Origin: Protoeuglena noctilucae
Taxonomy: Eukaryota
DNA: 64,000 nt
Direction: 5' to 3'
NCBI GenBank assembly: GCA_958009085.1
Contig: OY253681.1
Location: forward strand, 806,001-870,000
This document shows, in pieces, positions 24,752-36,443 of this stretch (within the stretch, counting starts at the first letter, position 1; every line of letters starts with the position of its first letter). Both the position numbers and the translations under genes were made by a program. The notes under the pieces were generated by a model, which saw only the letters and a program-made list of their open reading frames with translations, had not been told where the DNA came from and did not search any database.

Positions 24752-26880
24752 ATGACGGCGGATGCGAAGCGGGTTTCGCAGGTGGGCTCCATTCCGGTTG
24801 CACGCAATGTATTGGCCCGCGCGTCTGCCTGCGATCGTTTCCCTCGTCAGCCTGCTGTCTCCAGGTCGCTTGCATCCTATCGAACGTCTGCAGCATCGTA
24901 GTCATCCTCCGCGCCCCGCCGATGCCGCGTCCCGGGCGGCCCTGAAATAGCAGCATGCGCGAGCCCCGAACGCAGGCCCAGTTCGATGACGCGGTGCGCG
25001 ACTTCATCGAGTCTCTGGAGCTGGAGCCCTCCGAGGCGGTGCAGACGGCGGTGGAGGAGTTCAAGATGCAGGGGCTCGACATGGCAGGCGTCGACACCGT
25101 TTGGCCCCCCGAGTCGCGCTCCGTGAGCCCCCTCTCCGTCGCGGTCGGGGTCGTCCGCGACCACGTCGTCAACACGGACGTCCCGCTGACCGCGGAGGTC
25201 GTCAAAGCCCTCGCTGCGATTGCAGCCATCATGGCAGGTGCGCTGCGCACGCTGCTGGGCCCCGGGGCCGCCTGGCCGCGCTTGCGTCGCTGCAAGTGCC
25301 CTGAACGATTCACAATCTTCTTAACGCAGCGAAGGAGGGCCGCGAGTCGGCCGCCGCCCTCGCCGGCGACGAGTTTGCGATGACGCACGTGCTGGCGGCA
25401 GCCAAGCGGGCCTCTGCCGCGGGGCAGGAGGCCGCGGCGGTCCAGGTCATGGAGACAGGTGCGATGCGCTGGACATTGGGTGGTGGCTGAGACTTCGATG
25501 ATCACATCAATACTTGGGCTCAGCGACGCCAACCATGATCCCTTCTCACTTACCCTGCCCCGCAGCTCGTTCCCTGATGGCCGCGTCCAAGTCTCTGCGG
25601 CGCGATTTTGCGCGTGACGACGGCGTCGGCGCGTGCCGGCAGCTCCTGCAGGCACACAGGGACGCACCCGCAGTGGTGACCGCGACCGCAAGGGCGTGCG
25701 AGGCAGCCACCCTGAAATGCGAGGCCAACAAGGGAGCGATGGCCGACGAGGAAGTCGCGAAGATCCTCGTCAGCGTCCTCAGCGACGCCAACCTCGGCCC
25801 GGGTGCGACCTTTCTCAGCTGCCGCTGACCCTCCCCATCGCACGATGCGATGCACCCAGTGCGGGTCCTCTCACCAGGCTCCCCGCAACCCATCTCCCAC
25901 CATTCCCTCCCCCACAGCGGCGTTGAGGGCCATCGCGGGCGCCCTGGGCAACGTGTGCAGCAACGACGACGCGGAGGCGGCCGGATCACGTGCCTTTGCC
26001 CTGGGCATCAAACTGGGGAAAGAGCTCGAGATGGGGGCCGCCGTGCTCGCTGCTTTGCGAAAAGAGCTCGCGCGGGCGCCGCCGGCGTCGGCCCAGGGGG
26101 AAGAAGAGGAGCGGGGGGCGGGTGCGGATGTCGACGTCGGCGCCGGGGATCGAACCCGTGACGCGGGGGCGGTGGCGGCGCTCCTGCGCGGCCTGCAGCG
26201 GGTGTCGGTGAACGACGAGCTCTGCGAGCGGGCCTGCGAGGCGGGGGCGTTGGTGGACGCGCTGGGATGTGTGTGCGACCCAGCTGCACCCCCGCGAGTG
26301 GTGGCAGCGGCCCTGCAGCTGCTGGGGCAGCTGGCGGGGAACGACCGCACCCGGTCTGCCCTCGTGGCCGAGGGGTTCTTGGAATCCGTGCCCGGTGTCT
26401 ACGCAAGGCACGCGAGGGACGCTGCGGTGGTGGAGCCCCTGCTGCGCGTGCTGGGCATGGCGCTGCTCCGCAACCCGGCCGCCGCCGAGCGCGCGTTCGG
26501 CTCCGGGTGCCTGGAATCGGTCGCTGACGCCCTGCAGAGCCACGCGGGGACTGGGGCCGTCTGCCGGCAGTGCTGCCAGGTGAAACATGGGGTGGTTGGC
26601 AGGAGGGTGGATGGTCGCAGTGCAGCGAGCGTCTGCTACATGTGAAAGCTTATTGCCCTCTCAGGTGATCCGCAACACGGTGGTGCGCCTGCCCGAGCTG
26701 CGCGCCCCGCTGTTGGCGATGGAGGGGCTGGAGGAGGGAGTGCGGAAGGCGCGGGCGGCGCATCCCGAGTGCCGGGACGTGGGCAGCGCGGCGCTGAGGG
26801 ACCTGGGACTGGAGTACCACGGCGCGACGGAGCAGGAGGGCGAGGGGGCGTCGCTGGACTATTACTACAAGGCGCTGTGA
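24752..26880 (+). CDS. ARMC6: Armadillo repeat-containing protein 6 homolog, multi-exon
   Basis: KRVSQ|AQFDDAVRDFIESLELEPSEAVQTAVEEFKMQGLDM; ARM repeats; C-terminal VGSAALRDLG. Confidence 0.85.
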
Positions 26881-27355
26881 TTCCCCCGGGACCTGACATG
26901 TGAACCTGGCACAGAGTTTTTCCCGACTTTGCTGGGCGCATCCCGGCTATCCTTGCTATGTTATGCGCTAGTTGCACGGCCTCGTGCCGACGTAGGATAA
27001 GTGGTTTACTTCAACGACTTGGGGTCCCCTCAGGTTCTGTTAACGGCTTAGACAGATTCGTCAGTGCAATCACGGCTTCAAGCAACAACATCTCTCGGAC
27101 AAGTTTATCGTTTTAGATCTGTCAAGGTGGGTTGCGTTCAGCACTCCTAGAAAAGGGGGGAGTCGGTCGGAAGGCCTCACATGCACGTGCATGTGGGGCC
27201 TTTGGGAGACATACCGGCGCGTGGCGGTTGCTGCTATGTGCAAAATCTAAGTACTTTCTGTTGTTTCTAACGCAGGAGGAAGCGAGAATCGGCAGATGCC
27301 TCTCCAGCGCCTCCCTGCACAGCATTAGAGTTGGGGAACTACACAGCAACAGAAG

Positions 27356-27955
27356 ATGGGCGACGTTCCCGGCGATGATGAGTTCATCACTGCGCAGGCG
27401 TTCGTTACGGTGACCAACGACTTGGAGCTGGCACCGGGAGGGGGAGGACGACGTCTGCGGGATGGCTTGACACAGCACCTCGTGACACTGAGTCGCGAAC
27501 TTCGAAAAGAGAGATTGTACAATCAGCACTCACCGCACGTGATATGGGTGCCCTACGAAGGGAGAGAACGCGTGAGGCTCCGAGGCATGGCAGCAAATGG
27601 CCTCGCAATTGCGATGATATCCTGGCGAACAATGCGGCCTGTTAACACGCAGGTGCACAAATATCAAGTATGGAAAACGCTGCTGCGGAGGCTGGGGCGG
27701 GAGATGGAGGTGTGGGAGGTCCCAGTGCAGCAGGCACAGGTGCCTGCAGACGAATATTACATGACTGGACCCGAGTTCTTAAACGAGATCAACCGTCAAG
27801 AACTGGCCAATGGCCACAGACTGAACGATAACGTGATCAAGGACCTTCAGGATCTCGGCAGGGAGGGAAGACGCGACGTTCTTCAATCTGATGATGAAGA
27901 TGCGACATGGGTGCCCCACAAAGGAAGGCAGCGTGTGAGGCATCAGCAGCAGTAG
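27356..27955 (+). CDS. Intronless orphan ORF (199 aa) in a lower-GC segment
   Basis: ATG-to-TAG ORF of normal protein complexity, preceded by a branch/acceptor-like ctaacgcag near 27267-27275. No recognisable motif. Confidence 0.45.
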   Translation: MGDVPGDDEFITAQAFVTVTNDLELAPGGGGRRLRDGLTQHLVTLSRELRKERLYNQHSPHVIWVPYEGRERVRLRGMAANGLAIAMISWRTMRPVNTQVHKYQVWKTLLRRLGREMEVWEVPVQQAQVPADEYYMTGPEFLNEINRQELANGHRLNDNVIKDLQDLGREGRRDVLQSDDEDATWVPHKGRQRVRHQQQ

Positions 27956-28665
27956 AGCTTGCACATGCTATGACACAGAGCCTGCACAGGGATTGGTTAA
28001 CCAGATGTCACAACGTTTTTGCAGGTGTACACGTATCAAACATGGAGAGAGCTCTTGGAAATGTTGGAGCAAGACCCACCTGGACCAGTGTGGGTGCCAA
28101 TCGTGCAGTAACATGTATTTGGATTAATGTAGCCATTCGTACGGGAGCATTTTGGAGGGCAGCCTCAGGAGGGCGCGGAGCAGCCGCACGAGGACGAAGA
28201 GGAGCTTTAGGAAGCTGCAGCGCAGCCGACGAGGAGGAGCAGGTGGTTGATGGGTTTGGAGGCACATGAAGGGAAGATAACTCATAGGTTGCATAGCGGT
28301 GCAGGTATCTGCCACACAGCCGCTGCCAGCTGCAGGCAGAATGGCTTAGTGCATACGGCTAAAGCGTAGTGTCCTTGGTTGCAAGTCGATAGCTGCTTCA
28401 CGCGGCCGATGTCCACCTCACAGGTTGAAGCAGTCAGCCCAGCGAGAGACGTGGGCCGCGTCTGCCCACTGGGGCGCACTGCAGCGCGCTGTGGGGTTGT
28501 CGATGGGTGAGCAGAGCAATATAAGAGACCAGGGTTCAGTACGCTTTCAAAAGCCCCGATTGCAGGATGCAGGTGCATGCGGCAAGCACCTCTGGTTGGC
28601 ACGCTCCGCTCGGCCCTCACAACAGCCCATCACACACCCCTCCACACATTGAGGGTACCGCACCC

Positions 28666-30677
28666 TCACATGCTGCTGGCCCCGTCCACCTCCCACCACA
28701 GCGGCGGGGAGTCCGGCAGTCGTGCCGTGAGCACCTCCACCCCCGTCTCTGTCACCAGCAGCTGATGCTCGAACTGCGCAGACCGCTTACCATCCGTGGT
28801 GGTGGACGTCCACCCGTCCGGCCACATCACGTCGCGCCAGCTGCCCTCGTTGATCATCGGCTGCGCGAGTTAAGAGTATGGGGGGGTTTATAGAAGGTAA
28901 GTTGCACTGATACTGTCAGATTGCTCAGTATCAGTAATGTGTAAACGAACAGCAACCCGCAAGTTGTCCTCGCCTCGATGGTGAACACGTGCCCCGGCTT
29001 CATGAGCCCGACTGCCTTGTTCCCCGCATAGTGCGGCACGTTGGGGGCACAGTGGAAGAGGTCGCCCACCCCGTGGCCGCAGTAGGCGCGGACCACGGAG
29101 AAATCCTCCGACTGCGATGGGGAGGTGAGATGAGAGCGTTGGTGTTGGGAGTAGAAGTGTCGAGCTCACAGCGACAGGCTGCCGGGGCCTCTGGTATCAA
29201 CTGCTACAGATACTCTATGTATAACATAGAGTAGAGTTTGACAACCAGCAATGACTGTGTCACTCCTTCACCTGTCACCCACACACCCACTCTCCCCATC
29301 GCCATTCGCACCTTGGCGTGCTGGCTGATGACGTCCCCCACGTCCCGGTACCGCGTGCCCGGCCGCACGATCTGGATGGCCTTCATCAGGCAGTCGTGCG
29401 CGCACTTGATGAGCCGCCGGGACTTGTCGTCCACCTTGCCCACGCAGAACGTCTCGTTAAGGTCCCCGTGGAAGCCGCCGTAATAGACCGTCACGTCGAC
29501 GTTGATGATGTCCCCGTCCTGCAGCTCCCGCCGGTCCGGGATGCCGTGGCAGATGACCTCGTTGACGGAGGTGCAGACGGACTTGGGGAAGTTGAAGTAG
29601 TTGAGAGGGGAGGGGTAGCCCCCGCGCTCGACCACCGCGTCGTGAACCACCCTGTCGATCTCGTCCGTCGTCACGCCCGGGCGCACCGCCCTGTGTGGGG
29701 AGGGGTAATATGTGAGAGTCGCAAGTGTGGAGCATAGCTGGGTGGGTGCGCATGTCATGCGGGGTGGCAACACAGCGCTGCACGCAGGGTCGCCGCTCCA
29801 AGACATGAACCAACCAACGTGCACATCCACATGTTCGTCAGCATCTAACAACCCGATTCCTCACCTATGTGCCTCGTCCAGCACCTCCCTGGCCTTGCGG
29901 CACGTCTGACGGATGGCGTCGACCGCCGCCCCCGACCACTCCGCCACCACGCGCTGCTGCTTCGACTCCATCTCCTTCGCGGGATACCCGTCCGGCCGCA
30001 CCGCGTAGTCTGGCCGAGGGACGCTGTCGGGGACGGTCCGCGGGGGCGCGATGGGGTAGGGGCGTAGCGGGCCACGGTAATCGAAGGCCGGCATCGTCTT
30101 GGCGCGACTTGCACCCCGCTCCATGCTGCGAGCGGTGAGAAGAGAAGCGTATAGCGCACATCGCAGGGAGGCTAGCAAGAAGGAGGGCCGCAGCTGCGGG
30201 GCAGGAAGCGAGGCGGCTCGCAGAGCACTCGCAGTGTTGCATCGCGGACCCTCCGAGCGGTGCGGGTTCGCGGAAGCTCAAAATTTTACACTAAGGTACG
30301 AACGGCATCGAAAAGGACGCACACGGTCGCCCCTGCGAGGCTCGCCAGTACAGCCACGCCTGGGTGGGATCCGTGTGGACGCCCTTGTGCTCTGCCCACC
30401 CGCCCTTGAAGCATTCTTGACTGCAAAAGCTGCTTTTTTCCTCGGGGATGCACACCTGCACAGATATGAGCAGCGGAGGTCGATTAGCTGTCCAAGCCAC
30501 GGCGGCCCCACGACAGCGGCCGACCCAAGCGGTGCTAAGGGGTTCCCATGGCCAGAAAGGCTCGGATTGTTCGCGATGAATGAGCCGCAGCGCCCGCGTC
30601 ACCTCGATGCATTTGGGGCAGCGCAGGGTCGCCTCCTTCCCGCAGCGCACGCACGGCAGCGGCGCCCCCGCCCCCAT
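28666..30677 (-). CDS. MAP1: Methionine aminopeptidase 1 (cytosolic type with N-terminal zinc finger), multi-exon
   Basis: [103 protein letters not shown]. Confidence 0.96.
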
Positions 30678-31195
30678 CGCTGCGCCGCCAGACCCTGCTA
30701 CCTTTGCTGGATGCTGATTGGCTCGGGAGGCTGCGAGTCTGCTAGCAGCCGCCAGAGGGCAGGGCACGAGAGCGAGAAGCAAGCACAGCAGAAGCGTTAC
30801 TCAGTCACGAGGCGTCGCACGAGTCTGCCCGTCACTGTCTGCGATGCAAGGGAGCCAGACCAGTCCTGTAATCACGTGCTTTCGCCAGCGTAGTGCACTG
30901 GCAGCAGCCGCCAGAGGAGCGTGACAGCACGCCGCACGGCAGCGGCGTTGGCATCAAATGCCCGCTCTGCGTTGCCATCGGAACATCCTCAGTCCGCGTG
31001 CCTCGAAAGCCGCCACATCTGCCGCTTATCCGTGAGCATGTGACCTACTCCTTCCTTTCTGTGGAAATTGCCGAAGCTTCACAACCCTTTAGCATTGGAT
31101 AGCTGCCGACATGATTAACATACGCCAGCATATGACATCGGGTCCCTCCGGACGGCTTCCTTCTGAGTGAACGCGACGGACGAAGCGCCGGCATC

Positions 31196-34100
31196 ATGTC
31201 GACCACTGCTGATGGCGCAACTGGCCACGCTAGCCCCATCCCGGCCCTCCTAGAGGTGAGTCTCGACAGATACAAAGGGAATGCAACGCTCCGCGCCGAG
31301 CATCGTCGCAGAAATCGCTGCCCTATCCTGCCGTGACCCGCAGTGGGCAGCGCAGCGTGGTGTGGACGTCAGCCGCGTGCAGCCGCACCCTCACAAGCTC
31401 CGGAGTCTCGTGGCCGCGTGCGACATCCCAGCCAACGACTGTGAGCGGTGTTGGGTCACACATACCCTTTTGCAAGCACGTATCAGAGCCATAGCACTGG
31501 CTCATCACAATGTCACCAATGACGAGCGCTGTTGCTGTGCACGCAGGGTGCATCCAGCTCCCGCAAGAGCTGTTGCTGTGGCAGGCCTCTGCGCTGGACG
31601 ATCCCGCGTGGGGCGCGGACTTTGCGGCGTTGCGGGCGCGTGCATCGGAGGCGGGCGCTCCCCTGGACCAGCGCTTGGTGCTGTGCCTGCTGCTCGTGGT
31701 GATGAAGAGCCGGGTGAGGGATTGGATGGATGCATGATGCCAAACAGTCGTCAATGGCTGCCCTCGTAACTCTGTCTTGTGAGACGAGTATTGTAACAGA
31801 CACTCCATCGTTTGTCTATCATCGTTGCACTTTGCTTCTCTGGGTTTCTCTCTCAGGGCGATGTGGGCCCGTGGGGACCCTACCTGGCCTCTCTGCCCGA
31901 CCGCTACGACGACCCCTGGTGGTGGCCCGACTCAGCGGTGGCTGCCGTCAGAAACACGCGCGTGGGGGCGGCCATCACGGCGCAGGGAGGGAACATCGAC
32001 ATCCTCGAGAAGTGAGAAGTGGCTCGTTGATGTGCTGACATGATATATAAAAGTAACAATGTCACACATGCCACGACTGCCCAAACCATGTGCTGTGCTG
32101 TGAAGATCGTTTGAAGTGGTGGGGACGCATATGTCATGCTTTCTGTCAACTTCAGGTGGAGGGACGAGCTGGCGGCGGTGCACCGGGAGCGCACGGGCGA
32201 CGCGGGGGAGCTGGAGCAGGGAACGTGCTTTGGGGTGCGGGGGTGGGGGATGACCCGGGATGCCGTGCTGTGGGCCAAGTCGACGGTGTGGTCCCGGGCA
32301 TTCAACATCCACCGACTGCAGGCAACAGACGAGTTGGTGCAGCAGTCAATACCTTAAAGCCACTGTGCTGGGATGTGGCCGCCGCTTGCGTATGTTCCCG
32401 TCGTGCTCTGCTTTTCATCTCAACGACAACCTTTCCGCTTTCCCCGCAGCACGCCGGTCGCGTGGTCGATCGCGTGGTGGCGATGGTGCCCGTGGCAGAC
32501 ATGCTCGACCACGACCCCTCGCACAACGCCACGTGGCACACCGGACCCGAAGCACGGAGCGCGTTCGCCATGGTCACTCGCACGGGGCGCAGACGAGGCC
32601 AGGAGCTGTATAACAACTACGGTCGCAAGTCCAATGAGGAGTTTATCCTCGGGTACGGGTTTGCCCTCGCCAGCAACCCTTACGACTTTGTCAGGGTGGC
32701 GCCGGCGGCGCGGGGGGTGTCGGGTCCGGACGCTGCCCGGCGCGACCGACTGCGGACGGAGCTAGGGCTGAACGGGGCGCATTACTTGATGCGCCGGGAC
32801 CCATTGCCGGAGAATCTGCTCAGCGCGGTGCGGGTGATGGTGATGCCGGAGGCGCAGGTGTGCGCGATGCTGCGGGGGGTGGGGGCGGGGGCGGGGGCGG
32901 GTGAGAGTGGGGAGAAAGTCATAGGGGGTGCGGGAGAGGCGAGCGGGGGAGCGGGCGAGGGAGCAGCAGAGGCAGTGGCGGTGGGGGGCAAGCGCAGTGA
33001 CGGTGGCGGCTCTGCTCTGGGCATTGGCGCTGGTGATGATGAGGACTACGCCAATGCAATCAACGCGTTCGCCACTGTGGTGAGCATAGGCGGATGCGGG
33101 TGCTTGCGTCTCGGCCACTTGCACCCTGCCCTCCTCTCCCCATGTGCAGTATTACAATACACAAGAGTGACTTCATGCTTTACCTCTCATCGTTGTCAAC
33201 GCACACTCCCCTCCCCCAGACGGGTGCCGAGGATCCCCATCCCCGGTCGCATGCGTGGACAGAGGCGGAGCTGATGCGGTCAGACGTAAGCACGGAACTG
33301 TCGGTGCTGCGAGCAGTGCAGGCGAGGCTGCGAGGGCGGTGACAGTGAACAATGCGTGTTTGTCTATCTGTTTGATGAGCTGGAGTGCTCAGTCAAGGTA
33401 GTCATGGCGCAGGGTGGCACGGCACGTGCCCCTGACACATCTTGCAGGCAGCATGCAGGTCGATAAGAAGGGGCTCACATATCTTCTTCCCATCTCTCTG
33501 TGTCGCGCGCAGGTGGAGTTGGAGAGGATGCTGCGTGCGATGCCGGGGCCAGAGGACTGGCAATCGGACGCAGAGGCGGCTTGCAATACAGACGAGTTCG
33601 GGATGTTTCAGGCATTGACGTACCGTGCGGCACAGAAGGAGATTCTGACATTGGCACTCGCCGAGGTCAGCCGGAGGGCCGTGGCGATCCTGCGAGCCGT
33701 GGATGACGCATCGCGTGCGTGGATGCGGCGAGCAGAGGAGCATCACAGGGACAGCTCTGAGCAGCGCAGTGGCTCCTGGCCGGGCCCCGTTCAGGTCATC
33801 GACCCTCCCTTCGGTCATACGACTTGCGATGACGGCACCTGTACATCGTGCATCTGCGACCGATGCAGGCCTCTAGGCGATGCCCTGGTGCCCACGCTGC
33901 CCTGTCTGTGCTTCCCCAAGGCTGAGGACCAGGCAAGGCGAGGTCAATGGTGGGACAACTTGCCCACATCCATCGCCCTCGCATGCTGGGATGCCCGGCA
34001 TGCCTGGCAGGGACAAGGGGCGGTGGGAGACAAAGAAAGGTCCCGCGCCCCGCCGTGGCATGGGTGGAGGAGATGGGTGAGAGTTCGCAGGGATTGCGCG

Positions 34101-36086
34101 AGGGGCGAGGCCGTGGGGCGGGTCTCATTGGACGCCTGTGCATCGGCAGCTACGACAGATGACATGGGTGAGGGAGATGGTGCATGGTGCATGCGTGTTG
34201 GTGACAAACAGGAAATGGAGTCCATTTACAATTCCATTGTGGGTCGCATCGACGGTGTGGTTGGTATCAGCTATTGGTCTTTGTGCTTTGCAGTGACGCG
34301 GCTCGCATCGGCGATGGCGGAGGTCTTCTCGGGGCTGCTCTCGGAGTTGCCCAAAGCACAGTCGACGTTGTCGGAGTTAAATATCACTACGATGTCCAGC
34401 AGTCACATCCGCAATGCGGGGGCGAGGCACGGCATACCAACGCCGCTGCTGACGGAGGTGCTTTGCAGCTTTGCCCCCGGTCCCGAGGCGCGGATGCGGC
34501 ACGGGGGCGAGGGGCCACGCCACGCACTCGAGATGCTCAGAGGCGAGTTGTGTGCTAAAGACATGCCATGATAGCATAATATAGGAATATAACATGACAT
34601 GGAGAGAGACCAAAGAAACCTATGCATGCATGACATTACCTAGACATCTCTATCAGTCACGTGACAGTCACTGCCAGTCCCTTTGTCAGCATGGACCCCC
34701 CTTGTGTCGCTGTCGCAGGTACCCCAGCGGGCATCGCCATGGACGGCCTCACCTCCACTCTCTTCGACGCCACACGGGACCTCCGCAAGCGCCTCGCAGA
34801 TACCAACTTGCCAGGCGCAGAGGCGCCGACAGCAGTGCTGGAGTGCTGTGTCTCTTGGGCAGCCACCGTCACTGCGCAGGGGGCGGTCCCAAGCAGCGAT
34901 GTGGCGCATTGGCAGGGGACGCCCGCACTGCTACTCATCCCGGGGGTGTGCCACGTCCCTGCCAAGGCCCGGATCCTGCTTCTGCGAGTACGCTACGCTA
35001 CCGACAGTGCTGGCCCCGCCGCTCTCGTTGTGGAGTGCCGCACCTGCCTGCCCGAAGGCATGCGTGTGACGGAGCTGGCGTGCGTCGCGGGAGGCGACTG
35101 TTCCGATGTAATCACCGCGATGGGGATCGAGGGACTGTGGGCAATGAATGAGTGCTACCGGGCGTGGGCTGCGGAGGGTGCTAGTGCGGCACTGTTGGCC
35201 GTGAGGCAGTGGTCTGAGGTGGCGGTGCCGCTGGACGTGCTCTGCGGGGACGACGGGGGAGAGGGCGATGGGGTGGGCGAGGCAGGGCACGCAGGGGCAG
35301 CCAGTGCAGTGGCAGGCAGTGCGGTGGCTGTCAGCAGTGAGGGAGGGGCGGCAGCAGGGGATGGCGAGGCGAGTGGAGGGTCGTGGGGACGCTTGGAGCT
35401 CCTGGAGGCGGCAGGTGAGGGAGAGAGCGAGGGCAGATGGGGAGAGGACTGTGCCTGTTGATTCGTGCTGCATAAGATGAGGCTTGTGCCTTGTGTCTGC
35501 TGTTGGTTCAATGACTGGACCTTGGCAAATGCAACATCGTGGTGCTATGTCTGGTTGATGATGCAAACGTGTGAACCGACATTGCTTGCTGCGCGCAGGG
35601 TGCGGGGCCTCCTTCGCGCTGCCCGTCGGTGCCTGGGACGACGGCGCTGCGCTCGTGGCGCTGGGCGTGCAGCGGTGCGCGTCTGCGGGTGACCTCGAGA
35701 GCGCCGGGGCGCGTCGACTGCTCGCGGCGGACCGCGCGCGGCGGGACGCGGAGGCGGCGCTGCGTGGCACGGCGCCGACGTCCAAGCCCCAAGAAGAGTT
35801 GGAGCGAGAGGCCGAGGCGACCGCGGAGCAGTGGACCGCGGCCGCGCGACAGTTCGCCGCGACGCTGCTTTCGGGAAAGGGATTCCGCAAGGCAGCGAGG
35901 ACGGCGCTGAAGGGAGAGATCAAGAGTCTGATGGCTGCGGGTGCGGGTGCTGTGGACTGCGGGGAGAAGCACATCGAGTGCGCGGTGTGCAGGGAACTTT
36001 ATGTGGATCGGGTCCACGAGGCGCTGCGCAGTCGGATGTCTGCGCTGAAGGCAGCACCCAAGCGCAAGAGGAGCGACAGCGAGTAG
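31196..36086 (+). CDS. SET-domain lysine methyltransferase (Rubisco-LSMT/SETD3-like) with a long uncharacterised C-terminal extension, multi-exon
   Basis: WGPYLASLP; WAKSTVWSRAF; AMVPVADMLDH; GQELYNNYGRKSNEEFILGYGF. Splice phases link the exons through to the TAG at 36084-36086; the 3' part is less certain. Confidence 0.75.
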
Positions 36087-36443
36087 TTTAACGGACTTCG
36101 TGCTCTGCCAGTGTGTTTGGTCTGACACCGATAGCGACGACTTGAAATGCTCATGCGCATGTAAGTGGATATGCTGGAAACTAATATGCATTTGAAGGCC
36201 TCGCTGGCTGTCCCTTGCTGCACCCGCGGCGCTGAGATCGAGAACCTTGCTCCACCAGCACTGCACCAGCGCTACCAGCGCGTTCCTGGTGACCAGGCTC
36301 ATGGATGGGACGGTACGCGGTCGGTGACTGGCAAAAGAGGGACGCACATGAGCTCTAGCCCGTCCCCTTGCCTGCAGCTTGCAAACTTGTGACGAGCTCT
36401 TCCAGCGTCGGGGAACCGCGCGTCGGGGCGAACGGCAACCATC

